This document shows positions 1-12,399 of a stretch of DNA of 64,000 nucleotides, one piece after another; positions within the stretch are counted from its first letter, which is position 1, and the number at the start of each line of letters is the position of its first letter. Below the pieces are notes generated by a model. That model did not search any database. It was not told where the DNA came from and saw only the letters and a program-made list of their open reading frames with translations. Origin of the DNA: Azolla caroliniana (lineage: Eukaryota > Plantae > Polypodiophyta); assembly GCA_043228905.1 (NCBI GenBank), contig JBHGNT010000004.1, positions 6,696,001 through 6,760,000 of the forward strand. Direction: 5' to 3'. Made by a program: the position numbers and the translations under genes.

Positions 1-20
1 TTGATAATGAATCTCAAAGG

Positions 21-830
21 TTGTCGGAATTTGAAGATGCCAAGCGATGGTTATGTATTCCCCCAAATTATGGATTTATTTGGGAGAAATTAAAAGATAT
101 ATCATTGTTGCAAGGATCTTTGCCATTGAAAACAAATTTTATACCTTGGGTGGCTTGGCGGTTACAAGATGGTACACACTTGTTACAAGTCACTACAAAT
201 ATATTGTATCAGCATGCAATGGCATCATTATCTTGGTTATCACCTAAAGCAGCGGAGTTTTGGAATGTATGTAAGTCAAATGCAAGGTGGTGAAAAATAT
301 TACAACATTGTTGGCATTCCCATATACCATTTCGTGCAAAGGTATTCATATGGAGGGTCATGATTGGTGGGCTCCCATTAGGTTTGGCCTTAAAGAGACG
401 AGGACTAGGGTTTAGCACATGTTTCTTTTGCATTGTTCCATTGGAGGATAGTACACATAGGTTCATTAAATGTCCTATAGCGTGTACCATTTGAAAGTAC
501 TAATCAGACATTTGGCAAGTTTTAACCCATTGTTGTTTGAGACCTCAACAATGGGTTTTTTCTCAATATGTTCAAAATGGTTCAAATGATGAGATGGAGA
601 TATTATTCCAATTTTTATGTTATTGGGGACTACAACACAATTGGAATATGCGTAATACTTTCATGTTTGATAATAGACATGGGGTGAAAGCCTATATAAA
701 GAAGTTGAAAGGTATTCTTATGTGGAATTTTTGGATGTTAGAGCATGTGAGGATTATTTCCTCAAATGCATATTCAGGTTTTTTAATGGCATTACAAGAC
801 GTCCCTCTCCCTACATAGGCATATGATAGG
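21..830 (+). mobile_element. Degenerate LINE (L1-like) 3' ORF2 remnant with zf-RVT motif
   Basis: About 362-490 translates to IGGLPLGLALKRRGLGFSTCFFCIVPLEDSTHRFIKCPIA (C-x2-C...E..H...C, zf-RVT-like), followed by LQHNWNMRNTFMF (W..RN..F). The frame is broken. Confidence 0.65.
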
Positions 831-3800
831 TAGAGGAGACTAAGAAGTGTTGTAACTAAGTGGATTTTACATACAATTAATATAATTGTTTGATTTTAAG
901 AGAGAGATTTTACCATCATCCTTGGAGATACCATGTGACCTACGAGGCTAACAAAATTTAATGTGGTATATAGTTTAAGAGATGTGCTATATTGTGTAAT
1001 GATTTGTAGAAGCCATAATTAATATGATAATGTCAACCCTCTAGTGGGGTTGTTATTTCGATAACCAAATAAGACATGTAGTTTAAGAGAAGTGATATAT
1101 GGTTTAACAAAGATGTAACCACACGTTGTTTAAGAGAAGTGATTCATAGTGTATGAAATATATGTGAAAATAAGATAGGCAACAAAGGGAAAAGGTTGGT
1201 TTTGTCTGGCTTATACAAATGGACAAGATATGAATAAAGTGTATATAGATTGATGTTGTACAAATATGTGACTCAAAACCAACACCATATAATACACCAT
1301 TGTTATGATTTCCATCTAACTATATCCATGCATAGTTTAAACAACCTCTGGATATCCTACCTAAACTTTGAACTAGTCCATCCTAGTTTCGAATCAAATC
1401 GAAAGCACTTATTGCTGATGGTAGAATGCTAACAAAGCCAACAATGGGGTAAATTTTAGCAAAGAACGTTTTTAGGGAATGGAAGCAAGATAATATGTAT
1501 ATGAATATTAACAAATATTGATTGGTCAAACATCATACCACTATGGTACTACAAAGCCATATAAAAAGCTAGTGCGAGTTTATGCTTTTATCCATGGGTA
1601 AATGAGGTGCATCTATAACCTACAATTTTCCTTATAAACTACCCCTATAATCTAACGTTTTCCTTTTTGGCTAGTCATCAAGCCATCTTAAGATTTTTGG
1701 TAGCTAGACAAAGTGCCATGTAACCAAACTTTCTCATTTGTCAATGGTCAAAAGAAACGTGTCAAGGAGAGATGAGCATAGTTTCATAAAGCATCAAATG
1801 AAAGGGATAATGTACTCCCTCTTAAAAAGATGATGCAAACTTCTATCCTAAAATGATATTGATTTTGAGACTCATTCAAATATAAACTACACTTATTAAA
1901 GTTATTATTGGTATTGTTATAATATAATGTGACATGTGATGTGTGTATATTTGGGCCCCAGCATTTTGTTGTAATTTATTTCTTCCATATTGTACAAATT
2001 TTGATGACTCATAAAGGAGGAGTAATTTGCTGTAAAGTATTTCCATGTGTGACTATCATAAAGACAAGTTTCGTCGTTTTGGCCCCTTCCTTTTTAATGG
2101 TGTAAAAACAATTCAAAGACGTGAGCAATCTATACATCAAGAATGGACAATCTTGACAAAAAGCGAGAAATGTAGAAAAGGTCGTGTTTGGAATGTAGCC
2201 CCCTCCCCTTAAAAAAAGATGCTTCAATTTACCTTTTTGTCCCCCCACTTTGGGATTTGGTTTTTTCGAAACGTAAAATCCATAGCCAACGCTTTTCGTG
2301 TAATTTTTCCACCTTGCCTAGATAAGCTTATTGATGTTGAACACTCTTAAGGGAACACATTGTAACCGATGAAGACTTCACAAGGATCTTAGTGTGATCG
2401 TTTGTCCCTATGAATATGTCAAAACGTTGACATATATACTGAGCTCACTAATGCATATGATTGGAGGTAACCTTGGTAAATTTTATTACTTTGGTTTCCC
2501 TCTGCTTTGGCTTATACATGCTTGCATGATGATATGGAATGGTGGGCAACCATTGACTTGGATGTACTTCTTAGTTGGCCTCACTAGAAATGATGTTTGT
2601 TATGAGCGTGAAAATTAGAAAGGGAGAGGGAACATTACAAGTGACGGGAAATATTGGTTGCAGTTCCATTTTAGTGATATGATAACTACACCTAAAAGTA
2701 GGGTATTATTTGACAAATGGTTAGGCCAAATTGCTCCTTCAAAGTTTCAATGGCCGAGATTCCAAAGCAGCGGTACTCATGAAGCAATTTGCAATCAATA
2801 TTTGTAATCTTTTGAGTATTAATTACATTTCTTCTTATTCGTCAAACGTCAAAGACATATTTGAAGGTTGCTTTCAAGATCCTTTAGTAATGACATGCAC
2901 AATCATGGGCCTAGCTTTGATTCCTTGCCTTTACATGAGCTTTATATTGTAAGATATAAGGCTCTTTCGCCATGATTATTGGCATGTATCTAATATTCTT
3001 GGATTAATCAACCTCTGTAAGGTCAAATCAAATAAATAAATAGAAAAATATAGAATGAAAGACAACAACTTTGAATGGCATAGAATTATCCAAAAGGAAA
3101 AATATCTAGAGATACGAGGAATGAAATATTTAAGTAGAGGCCAAGAGACATCCGATTGTAGTCTTAATTACAAGATCAACTAATTAGCCAAAGCAAATGT
3201 TGTAGAATTAATTTAGAAAAACAAGGCATTGTAATCAAAGAATAGGTTATTTATGTGTCTCTGTAAAATAATGGTATGTTTACGTACGAATAAAGGTGTA
3301 ACACCCTAGATAGATGTAAATTTGCATATATGTGATGGTGTCTCAAACAAGTCACATTACGAACAAGGTTGTTTGGACCACATTGGGGGGTTGTTGTGTC
3401 ATTTGTAATTTTAACTTTGGGGACATAAATGAACATACATTGTGACTTTGAATCGCTACCACTCCCGCATTAGAAAGAATAGAATCAATAATCCTACATG
3501 ATTAACTAATGTTTCTCGTAAAAGAATTAGGGAATATGATCGAATATGTTGGTTGTTATTGTGCTAATGGGTAGGGGTTGTAGCATTATACCACCGATGA
3601 CATGGGAACAAACTCAAGGTAGCTCGATTGATGTTGGGATATCATAACAAGGGGGAAAAGTATGAATCACAATGTGATGCAATAGTGCAACAGGTCCCAT
3701 GGAGATCATGTTAACCAACATGTGAGTATGCGGGGACGATGCATATGAGGTATAAGCTTGGGATGGTGTAAAAAAGACAAGTAGGACAAACAACAATGGG

Positions 3801-4020
3801 AAGAGAGTATAGTTCCACACAACCTTTGGTCACCAAAGCCACCCTGGCCCCAACCCAACCCAAAACACACACACAAGAAGTGTATATATACACAAGCACA
3901 CATCCACATCTAGAGAACACACAAACATAAAAAAAACACATACAACACAAGTGCTACTCTTAGAAGTAGTAGCCAGAGTAGTGATAGTGAGTTTGTTGGT
4001 GTGAACTAGTGAGTTTGAGG

Positions 4021-5721
4021 ATGGGGATGCTAGATCTAGTGGAGGCATTGAACACAAGGGTGGTGGGAAGAGGGGGTGGTTCTGTGGTGGTCTTAGCCCA
4101 TGGGTTTGGTTCCACACAATCACTTTGGGATGAAGTCTACCCCTCATTACTCTCTCATCATGCAAATACCAATAACTTGTCACATCCTAGTGAGCCACCG
4201 AGCTCTCCGAATTTCCGGGTCGTGCTTTTCGATTGGCCCGGGGGGGCGTCCACTGCGTGCCATCTCGATGGGCTCACGATGCGTGATCTTGCGGACATTG
4301 ATGGCAATGCCGACCCCCCTAGTTGTCATGATGGACATGGTGGCGCATCCATCTTCTCCGATGTCTTCCACTCCTTCCCTCGCATCCTCTTGGCCCTCCT
4401 CTCTCGGCTCGGTATCCACTCCAATGTATTCTTCGTTGGCCATTCCATGTCCGCCCTCATCGGATGCGTGGCCGCCCAACTCCGCCCGTCCCTCTTCCGC
4501 AAACTCGTCCTCGTGGCCTCATCTCCAATGTATGTATATTTGAATTTGCACACTACTCAAGTGACATTAAGTGTAACTACTAACTACTAACTACATTCTT
4601 CTGACCTAGTAGTAGCTGCCATTTCCTTTTCTTTTTTAATCCACAGATTTATCTTAGGCCATTTTGATATAGCCTCCCAATCTATATTCCATTTTGGTAT
4701 TTTTCTTTTGATCCATGGTTTTGTATTAAAACCTCCCTTGATACATTACATGGCTCTCAAATTCATGGGATCATATGCAGTCTAAGCATTCATGGGATCA
4801 TATGCTAAGCATTGAATGATGGGATAATATGCTAATAAATTCATGGGATCATATATGCTAGTAAGCATTCATGAGAACATATATGCTAAGCTGCACCCTA
4901 ATTATGATTTGTATAGGTACTTAAATGACCCTGGGACAGATTACATAGGGGGTTTCGATCCGAAGGGCATGAAGATGATGTATGAGGCGATGGAATCGGA
5001 TTTCAACGGGTGGGCGGCATCATTCGCTCCGGTCGCGGCAGGTCCCGGGAACCATGAAACAGCAAACTGGTTCCTTAGGAGCTTGTCAGGGATGAGGAAA
5101 GAGGTAGCCATAGAGATGGCCAAATGTATCTTCGAGACCGACAACAGGCAAATCCTCGACAATCTCATGGCCTCCATAGCCAGTTACAATAACACTAATT
5201 TTAGCAATCCTATTGATGGTGATGGTGATGGTGATGGTGATGATGGTGATAGTGATAGTGATGGTGATGGTAATGGTAATGGTGATGCTATGCATTATAA
5301 TAGCAATCTGGATCATAAAATTGGTAATGGTTACCACAAAAGGACCTTCCCTAATCACCATAATCTCATCAAATTAATGCAGCCATTGGAGCTTCACATT
5401 GTGCAATCGCGCACGGACATGGCGGTTCCGCAGGAAGTGAATGTGTACTTGAAGGAGAGATTAATGGGGTTCATGGGCCCCTCACAATCAGTTGTATGCA
5501 GAGAAGAAAGATTGAATAAGTACGGCAACATGACAGATTCTATAATGGATGCCTGTAGGACCGATCCATTAACAACATATCATTATGTGAATCATAAAGA
5601 TAAGGATAGGATTGTTGGATCTCTTTGCATTCTGGATACAGAATGTGGTGGGCATTTCCCTCAGATTTCATCTCCTCTTCTCTTCAATTCCGCCCTGCTC
5701 TCTGCACTTCATTCTTCCTGA
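4021..5721 (+). CDS. KAI2/D14-family alpha/beta-hydrolase (DDK/DLK2-like), join(4021..4529,4917..5721), 437 aa
   Basis: Motifs: ALNTRVVG-G--VVLAHGFGSTQSLW, VVLFDW, nucleophile elbow GHSMSA, KLVLVASSP^YLND, GGF, WAASFAPVA, acid RTDMAVP, GGHFPQIS. A GT..AG intron (4530-4916) falls at the family-conserved SP(R)/YLND position. The joined CDS is 1314 nt and in frame. Confidence 0.92.
4759..4875. repeat. Short degenerate tandem repeat in the hydrolase intron
   Basis: About four copies of ATTCATGGGATCATATGC(TAAGC). Confidence 0.7.
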
Positions 5722-5831
5722 GAAGAATCACCATCATTAAACACCATTTATTAAGTCATCTCTACATTACTGTTTGCCATTTATGCTGCAAAATATAAGA
5801 CCTGTTCAAATGTTTTAACATAATAATAATA

Positions 5832-5874
<43 letters not shown>

Positions 5875-7758
5875 CACCATATGTTTCCAGCTGATTAAGT
5901 AATTACTAAGTTTAATATCAGTGTGCCTGTCTTGAAGATGACTATAAGCATTATTAATCCACGATGACCACCCCTCTACTCTTAATCATGAGACTAAGCA
6001 TTATTATTAATCGATTGGATGGTCCATAACGAGGCGCATTAGTAGCAAGTACCATGTTTCCTTTTTCACTGCTAATCAATACATAGTTGCCCCACATATA
6101 AAGAAAGCATAAAATTTGATTCAATTGGCGATAAACATATTATATATGTGTGTGTCGCCTAAGATGATCGCATTCATTCTTGGGTTTTTCCATGAAATGC
6201 ATTTTTGGATGAAGAAGATAAAGCAAGAGAGGAAAAGGAATTATCTAGGTGTAATTAGCAGAGTAATTAGTGGGTAATTATCGTTCCTTCCAATCAATGA
6301 AGAAGCCCTTCTTCATTTTTTTACATTGGCCCCAATGGTTTTGTCTCTAACTCTATGTGGTCCCTTGTCCCAACCCCCCCCCCCCCCCCTTGTGTGAACA
6401 CGACAATGCATACATGCTCTCCCGACCATGGCCACACCATCGGAACCACCCGTGACTATAATTTTTACCGGCAATGAAACTTGTCATGGACTAACCTTTG
6501 GAATCGATTTGCAATGTATGTATGTATGTATGTATGTATGTATGTACGTATGTGTGACACGTAAACCTTGTGCGTCTCTCCCATCTCTAGCCGCAAACTA
6601 TGCCCATTGTTTCGGTATATACCCTTGGCATCATTCGAAACCTCTTTCATCCCACCCTCCGAGCAACACAAAGATTGCCCATGTTTGAACCATATCCAAA
6701 ACTCACGGGAGATGCTTCATGATCATCTCAACCATTCCATTTGTGGTTAAGGATGGTTCCGACCCCTTGTTTGTTACATGTTTATGATGTGTTTGTGTCT
6801 TCCCTCTTCTCTCATGTGATCTTGAGTGTATCCACTCTAAACCTAAGTTATTTGGCTCTCCACAGAGAAATTCCTTTCATGGATGACGCCATGTGTGCAC
6901 ACCATATACTCTATATGGGCTTAAGTGGGTGGTTGTGGTTCATCGTATCATTGTGTGTGTGCATGGACACATGTGTGTTCCATAAAGGACAAGTTAAAGT
7001 TAATGGATCTATGTATACCCTACTCCTAAATGTCTCATTAGATTCACACCTCTAAACTTTCATGAGAATCGTTTAGAAAGTGAGCAATAGTCCTATGCAT
7101 TTGCCATCGAAGATGTAATGTTAATCGTCACAATGCAACATGTCAAATGAATCTTTCTTTAGTATATTTTATTATCTCATCATGGCTTGGCCATTGATTC
7201 ATGAGACACCTACATCACATCAATGTGTAATAATGTCAAACACTCATGCAAGTAGGATCAATCATGACAAGATGTTAGTTTCCTGTATATGAGACAGACA
7301 TATTTAGTTGTGGTACTTATTTTTCGAAACAAGAGAAAATATTACTTTTACGTAAATCGATGTGTGTGCATAATGCATGCTATGTAGTGGGGTCCATGTC
7401 TGTATCTTGACGAGTAGATTGTTTATCAATATATAACAGAATTTAAAGGAATGTAGGCATTACATGTGTCTGTGTGTGAATGTGCTAACATAGTTGTGCT
7501 TCCATTATCAACATACAACAAAACTAAAGTTGGCCACCTCTCTAATGCAATATTTTATATACTTTTGTTTGTTTGTTTGCATGAGATGCCTCTCCAATGA
7601 TGGAAAATCGCTCCCATGTTCCCATTATTCATCGCACTTTTAAGTAAGGCTAGTATGGGGTCTTAGTTCTTGAGCCCACCAATATGCAGGGGCATCTTGC
7701 AAAGTCAAGCATAGAGACGTGCTCCATAATACTCAAAATTGTAATCTAATTTTTTCTC

Positions 7759-7878
7759 TCAATGCATAGGGGCAAGACTTGGGAACACCTTCTCAACCTA
7801 TTTTATCCAAAGCAATATAGATGTCTTTTGGATAAAATGGGTTGAGAAGGTGTTCCTAAGTCTTGCCCTATGCATTGA
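7759..7878. repeat. Near-perfect hairpin, ~53-bp arms, 15-nt loop
   Basis: 7759-7811 is the reverse complement of 7827-7878 apart from one bulged G and two G:T pairs. Confidence 0.93.
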
Positions 7879-7883
7879 TAGAT

Positions 7884-8833
7884 AGATAGATGTTAGTAAA
7901 TAGAACTAAGGAGTTGTATGATGGAAAATTTTCTCATTACATGTTTGCATACACTTTTGATATGCTATTTGATTTCTAACTCATGATACTCGTAGCTAGG
8001 AACCTACATTGTAAAACTACAATCGAAAGTCATGAGTGCTCCTTATATAATCATGAAATGTAATATGTTATCTTATGATTTGAAAGTGCATCTTCCAATG
8101 TTACTTGTCTACAAATGAGGAATGTATCCCCCCCTTCTCCCTTGTCCATGCTGATAGGTAAAACATCTTCATCCCAGTCCTATGACTTTTTCAAAAGACA
8201 TCTATATGTCATGTGATGTTTTTAGAACCCTTATATGGGTGGCAGACGTCAAATCTTAACATTGTTTGGAAGATATCCTTGTTGTGTCCACAACAATATC
8301 CATCAAACATATGACCAATTGGCGAAAATGAAATGAGTTCTCCAATATACTTATAATTCATCCCTTAAGTAAGTGAATATTCTACCTATATTCTCATTAT
8401 AGTTCAGCTTTTTAGGGATCCTACAAATTTGAGTGAGGAATACCTTCCAAACAATGTTAAGATTTGACGTCTGCCACCCATATAAGGGTTCTAAAAACAT
8501 CACATGACATATAGATGTCTTTTGAAAAAGTCATAGGACTAGGATGAAGATGTTTTACCTATCAGCATGGACAAAGGAGAAGGGGGGGATATATTCCTCA
8601 TTTGTAGACAAGTAACATTGTAAGATGCACTTTCAAATCATAAGATAACATATTACATTTCATGAGTATATAATGAGCACTCATGACTTTTGATTGTAGT
8701 TTTACAATGTAGGTTCCTAGCTACAAGTATCATGAATTAGAAATCAAATAGCATATCAAAAGTGTATGCAAACATGTAACAAGAAACATTTTCCATTATA
8801 CAACTCCTTAGTTTTATTTACTAACTTCTATCT
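7884..8833. repeat. Long inverted repeat (fold-back), ~390-bp arms, ~165-bp spacer
   Basis: About 7884-8275 is the reverse complement of about 8440-8833 (e.g. GGGTGGCAGACGTCAAATCTTAACATTGTTTGGAAG / CTTCCAAACAATGTTAAGATTTGACGTCTGCCACCC) with scattered substitutions. No TSD was seen. Confidence 0.95.
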
Positions 8834-10159
8834 TCTTAAGTTTAGAGCTAGTCAGAATCTATAGAAAAAGAAAACGTGAGAGAGAGACATAAGAGATCAA
8901 ACAAACTGCTAAAACAAAAGCAAAATAGATAGATAAATAGATGTTTTTAGGGTCCATATAGGCCAATATTGACTCATGGGACCTAAGCACAAAAGTTTTC
9001 TTATTGTGTGTCTCCTTCCTAAAAAATGGATATTCATACTTCAAAGCACCGAGTCTAGATGTGTGAATAACACATATACATATGAGGAAATAGAAAAACT
9101 CATACATGAGTGAGAAGCACAAAGAAAACACGATAATGAATAAGAATTTATAAAAGGAGTATGAAACACATCAAAATAGAGAGATAGATAGGTAGATTTT
9201 ATTATGATCTTAGGAGGTCAAATATGACCTATGAGACAAAAAATATAACATTTTCACATAGTACATATTAGAGAGAGAACACATTTCATGCATTGGAAGA
9301 CATAATCTTGGCCATTTCATATACATATGCCTAAAGGTTGTACAATGTATTATGGAATCCATGATATTATATTACTTCCCATTGTTACTATGGACAAAGA
9401 AAGCTTTATATTCCATTTTGCAACCTCTTTGATGTTTGTTGTGGAGAATGAGGAATAATATGGTAATCACATTGGTTGCATGGAACCATCTAGCAAGCTC
9501 TACGTGCTTATTGGGAGTCACAATGTTGGAAGTATCTATGCATATCATGGCTCGTAAATTTTCATCATTGCAAGACATGTGCTTAGACTCACAACCATGA
9601 ATATCTATTGTCCAATATTTCATTAAGAAGAAGTGTATAACATATGGGAGGACAATGATTAAGGCATCATGGTAGCAATTACAGAATTAATGTATTCCAC
9701 TTACGATTTTTCGTTCTCCATGTGTTCAATATATGATTGTCTAATTGTGTGAAGCGCTCCCATTATTTGTATTGAAACTATCATCTAGAGAGAGCATTGT
9801 AATTCGTTGCATGTCTTCTCGGGTATTATGTTGGGTTCGAAAGGAGAGATTGTGCTCTCATTTGAATCACTTGTTTCATTTTTGGCGGAATAAAGAAGTG
9901 GGAGATGTCATTAATGCTCAATCGCAAAGGACCTCAACAACTAGTATGCACACCCAATTATGGGTTTATATTGCAACAACTACAAAATATGACATTGATG
10001 CAAGGTCCTTTACCTCGACAAATTGAAGAGCAATCATGACAAACACCGTTTTTACAAGAGACTATTAATCTCTAGTATCTCTCCATTGAGAGTCTCTTCG
10101 ATGGCAACTACAATCTAAGGATGAACAAGAATGGAAAGTAAATAACTCTGATGGTGGTA

Positions 10160-10440
10160 GATATTGAAACGTAATTGGGATTCTAAATTGTCACTTGTAG
10201 CAAAGGTCTTCATTTTGACAGTTTTGATTGGGGGTTTACCTTTGGGATTATCTATAAAGCGACATGGACTATCAACAAATAGTTGCGTCTTTTGCATTGT
10301 TCAGGTGGAATATAGTACTGATTGCTTCATACAATGTAAAATTGCTTGTCAAATTTGGAATTACATTTCTCAAATTTGGCAAGTTTTGTCATCGTATTAT
10401 TTGACATCAAGATAGTAGGTGTTTGCACAATTCACACAGC
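10160..10440 (+). mobile_element. Second LINE zf-RVT remnant, same family as 21-830
   Basis: LIGGLPLGLSIKRHGLSTNSCVFCIVQVEYSTDCFIQCKIACQIW aligns with the motif at about 362-490. Confidence 0.65.
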
Positions 10441-11904
10441 TTGACCCAAAATTAGAGATGGACATCAGTTTCCTATTTCTAAGATATTACGGATTGCGGC
10501 GCAATTCAAATATGCATAATTCTTTTCAATTTGATTGTAGGCATGAAGTCAAAGCATATCTTTGTAAGTTGAAGGGAGTACAAAAATGACAAATTTGTTT
10601 ATTGGAGCAAGTAGAAATTATTTCCTCAATGGATTGTCTTGCTTAACGGCAATTCAACCTGTTCCACTACCCATGTATTGGTGACGTACTCCGTTGTGGT
10701 ACCATTCTAGTGTTTTTCCCACATATTTATTAATGTTCTTATTTGTTTTCACCCAAAAAACAAGAGAGAGAACACCTCACAATAGAGGGATAAAGTGGAG
10801 ATTCCGTCTATGGCCATACAAAGCCTGAGTAGAGTCCTCTCACCTCATATCTCTTTCTTTTTGTCTTTTTACTCTTTCTCCATACCATTTCCACTACCTC
10901 TTAAAATGTATTTTGTTATTTTGTGTGTCTTGTCACTCAGTAATCTCGGGGTTATAGTTCATATACACTATTTGATACTTAAATTGTAATACTAATTATT
11001 GGGTCTAACAATCTTCGATCATCCAAACGATATTAATTCATTGCATACATATTTGTATTATTAGATCTAATCTAGTCTTTGTTTTTTAAATATTAGAATA
11101 TTATCAACACACACTAATTAGTGTCTATGCATATGCATAGATTAAACAATATCCCACATTGACTTTAAGCAATAAAACTTGTTGATATTAGGATGTTTTA
11201 CTTGAAAAATGGCATTGTTCAATGTATTTTATCATATGGTACATTCTCCTAATTCTACTTTCTCGAATGAAAAAGTAGAATTCAATTTACTTTATTGCTT
11301 GGTTCTCTCTGTATATGGTAGCTTGGAATTTTTTATGTGACCCAAAGGTGAGGCCAATATTCGCTCGATGTTTCCTCGATAGTTGCTATAAACTCGCTGT
11401 CACAAAACTAAAATTTTGTGATTAAAGTATAAAACCTCGTTCATAACATCTCTCTAGTTAACCATTGGCTTCATTTTTCTTTTATACTTTAGTCTTGCAC
11501 CCACATAAAACTAGGTATCACCTAATCATGATTAAAAGTGATATAATCCATCAATGGAATCATGAAACATCAAGAGGGCTCTAAAATATCCATGGAAACA
11601 CCAATGTGACTAAATTTTTACTACTTAATTAATCTTATTAAAACAAAGATGCACCTCCTTAGATTTTGTACACGCCAAGAAATATTTTCATATTTACAAA
11701 ACGTGATGGCTCTTGAACAAGCAATTACAAACTGAGTTGGCTTATAGATTAGTAGATGAATGATTGCATCAATGGATGCATGCCTTTTTTCTCCTCCTAG
11801 AGATGGGCATGAGTTTGTTTCTTTGAAGGGATGATCACCTACATGCATGCATAATATGATTATATTCAACCATGGTTACACCCAATGAGATGAAACCTAC
11901 TCTC

Positions 11905-12350
11905 ATTCTCAAACCAAACGCATTCAATGAAATAAGGAAACGTCAACGGGATTAGGGGAATAATGAAAAATATGAGTGTATGCCAGGTTTTTTCTTAAAC
12001 CTAATAAACCAAATCAATGATTGGATTTAACACATCAAATGCATTCAAGGAGATAAGGAAAACCCAAGGGCATTGGTGGAGGAAGAAAAACTTGAATGCA
12101 TTTTTTCTAAATCTAATGAACCTAACTCAAGGGGAGCGAATTTAACACATCAAATCCATTCCTAAAGGTCCATGTGCACAACACCAAATTGTCAAGTTCA
12201 ACTATTAGTACCAATAAATATGAGGATGCATCTATGAATGGTGAAGAGTAGAAACAATGCCCTACCTTTTTTCTTTTTTTAGTGGTAAGTTGTTAACACT
12301 ACAAGAAACAATGCCCTACCTTTTTATTTTATTTTTAGTGGTAAGTAGCT
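11905..12350. repeat. Degenerate local tandem duplications
   Basis: A ~115-bp unit (GCATTCAA..ATAAGGAAA...CTAAT.AACC) occurs twice at about 11905-12160. A ~55-bp unit (AGAAACAATGCCCTACCTTTT..TTTAGTGGTAAGT) occurs twice at 12250-12346. Confidence 0.6.
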
Positions 12351-12399
12351 TATACAAAATGTCTCATATTGGTTTTAGATCCATGGCAAATGTGTAAAA

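Noticed and set aside
4843-4916. ORF-track start of a separate 292-aa protein
   Set aside because: This stretch is intronic, and homology begins after the AG at 4915-4916.
5086-5361. Minus-strand ORF with an (IT)n run
   Set aside because: Antisense reading of the coding (GATGGT)n microsatellite.
9370-10100. Possible Ulp1-protease or other TE remnant on the minus strand
   Set aside because: Only vague similarity and no catalytic motif could be traced.
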